Shown in pieces: positions 34,386-40,343 of a stretch of DNA of 40,343 nucleotides. Each line of letters begins with the position of its first letter. Within the stretch, counting starts at the first letter, position 1. Under the pieces are notes generated by a model. It made no database searches. It had not been told where the DNA came from and saw only the letters and a list, made by a program, of their open reading frames with translations. The translations under genes were made by a program, and so were the position numbers. Source of the DNA: Salpingoeca rosetta (taxonomy: Eukaryota; Protista; Choanoflagellata); assembly GCA_033442325.1 (NCBI GenBank), contig JAWQFM010000011.1:1825584-1865926 (forward strand), in the 5' to 3' direction.

Positions 34386-35614
34386 TGTGTGCGCGCGCAC
34401 GCCTTGCGATGTATGCTCTTGTTGCCCCTCCCCCAGCCCCCATCCACTCAACAGTGCAACCGCGCCTGCAAACAACAGGAAGAGAAGCAGGAGGAGGAAG
34501 TGGAACGTGGCATGCTGTCCAGCGCGGTTCTGCAGGGTATTCCTGAAGGTGCGAACACCTCCATCATGTGCAACACTGACCCCACCTCTCCTCCTCTATC
34601 CCTCCTTACCGCCCTGCCTGCACAGCTTGTGATATGTCTGCAATCATCAAAACACGCACACACACACACACCTGAGCCCTGCGTCCCCTGCCCTCACCTC
34701 TTCGTATACACATGCGTCTGCAATGCTGCTTGCGCTGCAGTGAGTCTTGGCATTGATGAGAAGATCAAGAACATTGAGGAAACGGAGAGAGCGAAGGCCT
34801 CCATCCATCGCTCCAGATCAGACAAATTGTATGCCCTTCACCTGTGCACTGTGTGTGTGTGTGTGTGCCGATGCGGTATTGTGGCACGGTTGCTGCCAAC
34901 ACATGCAGTTATACATCTGACGCGTGTGTGTATGCGTGTGCCAATCTTTAGTACGAAGGTGCTCGGGCTGAGAAAGGTCGACTCAACGCTCAACTACGCA
35001 AACGCGCGATGTAAGCATGTGTAAGAGTGTACATGTGTGCATCAACGCCTTCATTTACACAGTCGCACACGTGCAACCACACTCACACACGCACACACGC
35101 ACGCACGCACGCACGCACACACGCCACGCTCACATACAATCTTCCCCCACCCTACCTCCCTTCCCCCCCCCCCTGGTTCTGTCATGTCGCTGCTGCAGTT
35201 GACGCAATGGGTGCGCGGCGGCGTCAGGAGGATGCAGGGGAGCTGTTTGACCGGGCGCAACAGCAAGCGTTTGACCAAGGTATCACGGAGTCACTCGCCG
35301 TCAAGCCCGAACGCGAGCAAGAGGCAGCACGCAGGAGACAGCGCAGGTCCGTGTCCTCAACTTGGCAGACGTGTATGTGTGTGTGTCTGTGTGTCTGTGT
35401 GTCTGTGTCCGTGTGTGCGTGTCTCTGCCTGTGTCTCTGTGTCTCTGGGTGCTTCTTCTCGAGATTGCTGTCATCATCCGAGCCACACCATAGCTCAACA
35501 CTGCACCCTCCCCCTCCCCCCAACCTACCACCACCACGATTCAACAGGGACGATGGCCTGTCGTCGGATGATCGCGCGTTCAATGCGTACAGACGCAGAT
35601 TCAAGCGATACTGA
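32921..35614 (+). CDS. C9orf78: Splicing factor C9orf78 / Tls1 (Hep_59 family) homolog, multi-exon
   Basis: Spliced peptides in order: FKKKKRRGNLKKR, EEQKLRSREQGI-SAEELAK, AFAEETGRLDRDKEM-LQYIKEKL, LYKVPERL, GMLSSAVLQGIPE-VSLGIDEKIKNIEETERAK, C-terminal SSDDRAFNAYRRRF. Canonical GT-AG introns. Confidence 0.88.
34044..34111. repeat. (CAT)n microsatellite in a C9orf78 intron
   Basis: Pure CAT run just upstream of an acceptor site. Confidence 0.9.
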
Positions 35615-35639
35615 ACCCCTTGCGCTCGCACAGGTGCCA

Positions 35640-35678
<39 letters not shown>

Positions 35679-35959
35679 TGTCTGAGTCGGTGTAAACAAA
35701 CATGTATGCACTTATCAGTGCTTATGTATACATTCTACAGCGCTGGACAAGTAGGCATCAGTAACCATCGCCCCGAGATCTCTCTAACAAAAAATATGAG
35801 GGATATAAACATATACATCTAACACTCCAAAGTGGTGCAACCGCATGAAAGTCTCGACANNNNNNNNNNNNNNNNNNNNNNNNNNNNNNNNNNNNNNNNN
35901 NNNNNNNNNNNNNNNNNNNNNNNNNNNNNNNNNNNNNNNNNNNNNNNNNNNNNNNNNNN

Positions 35960-36003
<44 letters not shown>

Positions 36004-36160
36004 CTCTCTCCCTTTCACACACACACATACACACACGCACGCACACACTCACACACATACACACACACACATACACACACGCACGCACGCACACACACAC
36101 ATACACACACGCACGCACGCACGCACGCACGCACACACTTACACACTCACTGCAACCAGC

Positions 36161-37029
36161 ATGTTCAAGCCTGGTGACCACATTAGCAAAGATGAGCAGA
36201 AAGCGTACTACGATGACCTTCGCAAACAGCACGAATGGGAATGCGAGACGTTCAACAAGGCACAGGATTGTCACATGCTGGCAGAGTTCTACCAGACGGT
36301 GGACGGCAACTACAAGAAGGCAGCAGCGTGGTACAAGACGCTGTGTGACGAGCGAGACTACTCACGCAGCTGCTCGTTTTTCGGCACGTGCCTCCTTGCT
36401 GGCCGAGGTACGAGCATGGAGTCCAGTGCTTCTGTGTCCGTATGTGTTTGCAATGTCTACGTCTGTGTCTGCATCTGTGCTTGTATCCGTGTTCTTTTGT
36501 TTATTGCGCGGGACAGTGGTTGCGTCCTCGCGGCTGCGCCTGCAGCAGCGCGGTGATTGTTAACGTGAACCATTTCATTCACACACACACACACACGCAC
36601 ACGCTGTTTGAATGAAGGAACGGACAAGGACCCAAAGGCTGCGTTTGACTATTTCAAGAAAGGATGTGCCCTGGGCAGCGTGGAGGGCTGCCACAACGCA
36701 GGTGCGACACAGGCAACGCCACCTGTCACCGCTTTCCATTTCCACGCCAATACGCAAGTGCATTGTCACAAGCACTGCCACGACACCACCGACGTTCTCA
36801 CAGCTGCTGTCGCGTGCCGTGGGTGTGCCTGCAGGCATGATGTTGCGGAGTACAAAGTACGCAGAGGCGGGCGTGAAGCCAGATGGCAACGGTGCGATAT
36901 CTTACTTCAAGAAGGCGTGTGATCAGGGCTTCCGGAACGGTTGTTTCATGCTCAGCGTCGTCTACCTCAGAGGTGTGAATGCTGCGATGTCTATCTGTCT
37001 GTGGCTGTGTCTGTGTCTGTGTCTATCTG

Positions 37030-37071
<42 letters not shown>

Positions 37072-37241
37072 TGTGTCTGTGTCTGTGTCTGTGTCGGTGT
37101 GTCTGTGTCGGTGTGTCTGTGTATGTGTGTGCGCATGTGTGCCGGTTCTTCTCTTCGCGGGTCCATGCATGTCTGTTTGTGGCTTGGCTGTGTTTTCTGT
37201 TCGTTTTCCCCATCTCAGCCGACTCGTTTCTCCACCACTTG

Positions 37242-37314
<73 letters not shown>

Positions 37315-37791
37315 CTAACAACACCTGTTTTCCGTGTTCCTGGTGGCATCCTCCCGTGCGGCCTTGTAGGAGAGGCCGGCGCAAAGAAGGACATGCCCCA
37401 AGCGCTCAAGTATGCCAAGAAGGCATGTGACCTTCAGCACACCTGGGGCTGCATCAACGCCGTCAAGATGCTCGAAACAGGTGTGTGTGTGTGTGTGTAT
37501 GTACGTGTGTCGTGAGTGTATATGTGCCGTATGTGTGTGTCTGTGTCTGTGTATGTACGTGTGTCGTGTGTGTGTGTGTGTGTGTGTGTGTCTGTGTGTG
37601 TATGGCTGAGGATACGCTTTTGCCTCGTGACAACTCTCTTTGCCACCGCCCTTTGAAGTTCTTATGTGTATCTCTCGGTGTAACTGGCTGTGATCACAGG
37701 GGATGGTGTGCCGAAAGATGTAGAGGAAGCGAAACGGCTGAGGAAACGCGCGCAGGAACTCGTGGAGGGCGAGGGCGGCAACGTGATGTGA
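36161..37791 (+). CDS. COA7: Sel1-like repeat protein, cytochrome c oxidase assembly factor 7 (COA7/SELRC1) homolog
   Basis: Exons 36161-36407, 36618-36701, 36835-36972, 37370-37480, 37700-37791. Cys-paired Sel1-like repeats: [86 protein letters not shown]. Confidence 0.82.
37242..37315. repeat. (ACA)n microsatellite in a COA7 intron
   Basis: Pure ACA run. Confidence 0.9.
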
Positions 37792-37880
37792 CGTGGCGTG
37801 ATGTGTCTGCAGCTGCTGTTGCTATGGTGGTGGTGGTGGCGTGCTGCTGGTGCTGCGCAGTGAGAGGGAATGTGTGTGTG

Positions 37881-37922
<42 letters not shown>

Positions 37923-38812
37923 TGGTGGTGCTGCAATGATGAACCAGCGCAGTGAGAGGGAATGTGTGTGTGGGGGGGGGGGGGTGTGGGGGGTGTGCGA
38001 GGGAGAGAGACAGACAGAGACACAAAGAGACACAGAGACAGAGACAGAGAGCACGCACAACAACAACAACAACAACAACAGCAGCAGCAGCAGCAGCAGC
38101 AACAGCATCCATCCATCCACTTGCGCGCAGTTTGCATGTATATTTCGGTGCCTCGAATTTTATCATTAAACGCATTTAGCAAGCGCGAAGTTTTCGTCAG
38201 GTCGGTGCGAAACCTTGGAATGGGTTGGAATGCACACTCGCCATTCCATCCAACGCACCCTCGCGTCAAACCTCTCGTCGGACCTCACGCACCCCCGACC
38301 ATTCCTTGAGCCTGACGAGACAGCCGCCAGCCAGACAGTTTACCCACTCAGCCGCGTGAGCAGCAGCCCTCACCACCCACCACCCACCAGCCATCCTCTG
38401 TTGTTGCAGCAGCATCCGCCATTTGCCTTGCTTCGTGCTGCGTTCCTGGCGTGTCTTCATACGCATCCCGCACACCGCGCGTACAGAACTAGAGCATATC
38501 CCTCCTTGCTCACCCGTACCCGTGCAACCAAGACCGAGCCCAAGAGACCCTGCAAACAGACAGGCAGGTCTAACGACAACCACCTGACCACAGCAAGCAG
38601 GCAAGAGAAAGACAACGAAGGCACAGCAACAAGGCACCCATCCACCCATCCATCCAGCACGAGCACACACCCGCACGCACGCACGAACACACCACAAACG
38701 AACAGCCGACCGACCGACTAACTTGGAGTCCAACAAGCACGGTCACAACCAGCAGAAGAACAAAGGGCGCTCTTGCCGCTCTTCTCTTGTGTGAGCGCCT
38801 CGACCAGACATC

Positions 38813-40227
38813 ATGGTTGGCGGGGAGCGCAGGCGGAGCAGCAGCCAGGTGTTCTCTGCTGCTCTTGGGCTGTTAGAGAAGGGATCAACACAGGAGTTTC
38901 TGGTGGCGACGCGTATGCTTGTCACCGTCATCCACAACCTCTGCAAGAACCCAAACAGCGACAAGTATCGCAAACTCAAAACTACAAGCGAGGTGCGTCG
39001 ATGCTTGTTTGTATATGCGGATGGATGTAAGTGTACGCGAGTATGTTAGTATTTGTGTGTGTGTGTGTGTGTGTGTGTGTGAGTGTGTGTGTGTAAGAGG
39101 GTGTGTAGATAGAGATATGTGCGTGGTTGTTTGTGTGCATGGGCATCGTGGTATGCTCAAAGGGCTTACAGAGCCGTGGTGATGGTGATGATGAAACGGT
39201 GCGTGCCTCACTCTCTCACTCGTTTGCTCGTTTCTACATGCACATGTATCCAACACCAACACGCTCGCAGATTATTCAACAAATCTTGGCCATTCCCTTC
39301 ACGCATGACTGCCTCATCGCATGCAACTTTGTCAAGCATGTCAGTGAAAGCAGCCCTGCTTCTCTGCCACACCCGCCTGCATGCATGCACGTTCCTCAAC
39401 CTCAGCTGCAGCCGTGACGCAGATTTTGCTGTCCCCCCGATATCATACGTTTGCCACTCGCGTGAACGCACAAGCACGCTCAACACAGAGTGTCTGTACT
39501 CATCCACCGTCACTCACATTCATCCACCGCACTATTCCTTTTCCTTCCAACAGGACAAGTATTACAAGCTGCAAGGAGACATCGACGTGAAAGACCTTCA
39601 CGCCTGTATGGACCTTCTCATCGAAGGTGTGTGGGTATGTGGGTGGGTGTGGGTGTCTGTCTCTCTGTCTGTCCCTCTGTCTCTGTCTGTCCCTCTGTCT
39701 CTGTCTGTCTCTGTCTCTCTGTCTCTCTGTCCCTCTGTGTGCGGGTATGACATCATTTATGTCTTTGATTTATAATCTTGTGTGCGATGCGCTTCATGCT
39801 CTGAAATGTGGTTAATCGGACTAACCATTTCTTTCCTTCCCTCACCCCCCCCCCCCCACACATACACGTTGTTGCAGCCCGAAAGAGGAAAGGCGTGATG
39901 GAGGCGTGGGAGGTGTTCCCGTCCGATCTTGAGCTTGGCGATAAGATTGGCAGCGGCAAGTTTGGAGCCGTGTTTGAAGGTCTATGGAACGGCCACAAGG
40001 TGGCCATCAAGACCATGAAACGCGCCACCCAGGACGGCATGCGCGATTTCGAACGCGAGGCAGAAGTGATGCGCACACTCAAGCATCCAAACGTCCTAAA
40101 CTTGCTTGGCGTTGTGCTGACGCAGCAGCCAGCGCTCATTGTGCTTGAGCTGATGGGGGCCAGCTTCCTCTCCCTGCTCACAAAATGCGAGCTCACAGAC
40201 AAGGACATCCTCGACTGCGCCATGCAG
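38813..40227 (+). CDS. PUB-domain protein kinase (tyrosine kinase / TKL type), 5' part; continues beyond the window
   Basis: Exons 38813-38992, 39271-39339, 39554-39626, 39878-40227 splice in frame. N-terminal PUB-like segment ATRMLVTVIHNLCKNPNSDKYRKLKTTSE-IIQQILAIPFTHDCLIACNF, then kinase N-lobe WEVFPSDLELGDKIGSGKFGAVFEGLWNGHKVAIKT..DFEREAEVMRTLKHPNVLNLLGV..QQPALIVLELM. Confidence 0.85.
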
Positions 40228-40343
40228 GTGTGTAGCGTGTGTGAATGTGCGTTAACGTGTATGTCTGTGTCGGTGTGGTTGTGTGTTTGTGTGCTTTTGT
40301 GTCTGTGTTCGTGTGTCTGTGTTTGTGCTTGTGTATATGTCTG

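Noticed and set aside
37855-37975. 29-bp direct repeat GCGCAGTGAGAGGGAATGTGTGTGTGGGG at 37855 and 37947
   Set aside because: It borders TG tracts and has no TIRs or internal features; most simply a local slippage duplication.
38194-38330. Hammerhead ribozyme (CTGACGA on both strands, nearby GAAA) or SRP RNA
   Set aside because: I could not form stems II and III around the core in any permutation, and the SRP helix-8 motif is not properly present.

Overview
Eukaryotic, intron-rich DNA with (CA)n/(TG)n-filled introns and six 100-N assembly gaps. The sequence style and gene content suggest a choanoflagellate such as Salpingoeca (inference). The left ~15 kb holds three decayed genes: a TNFR-like Cys-rich repeat protein (-), a secreted WSC + GH3 beta-xylosidase-like protein (-) and an exostosin/GT47-like protein (+). 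An intact, apparently very recent Ty1/copia LTR retrotransposon (7562-12708; 358-bp LTRs, ACTTT target-site duplication) sits between the last two. Next come a solitary 5S rRNA gene, a 310-bp MITE, ~7.5 kb of microsatellite mosaic, a 63-bp minisatellite and a palindrome-rich island. The right ~13 kb holds four spliced genes: a long disordered protein ending in a NUDT9-homology domain with a degenerate Nudix box (-), C9orf78/Tls1 (+), COA7 (+) and the 5' part of a PUB-domain/tyrosine-kinase-like fusion (+). The most notable observations are the PUB-kinase fusion (candidate p97/VCP-directed kinase), the stand-alone pseudo-NUDT9 protein, and a copia primer-binding site matching the anticodon arm of elongator rather than initiator tRNA-Met. 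All family assignments are by eye from remembered motifs; no searches were run.
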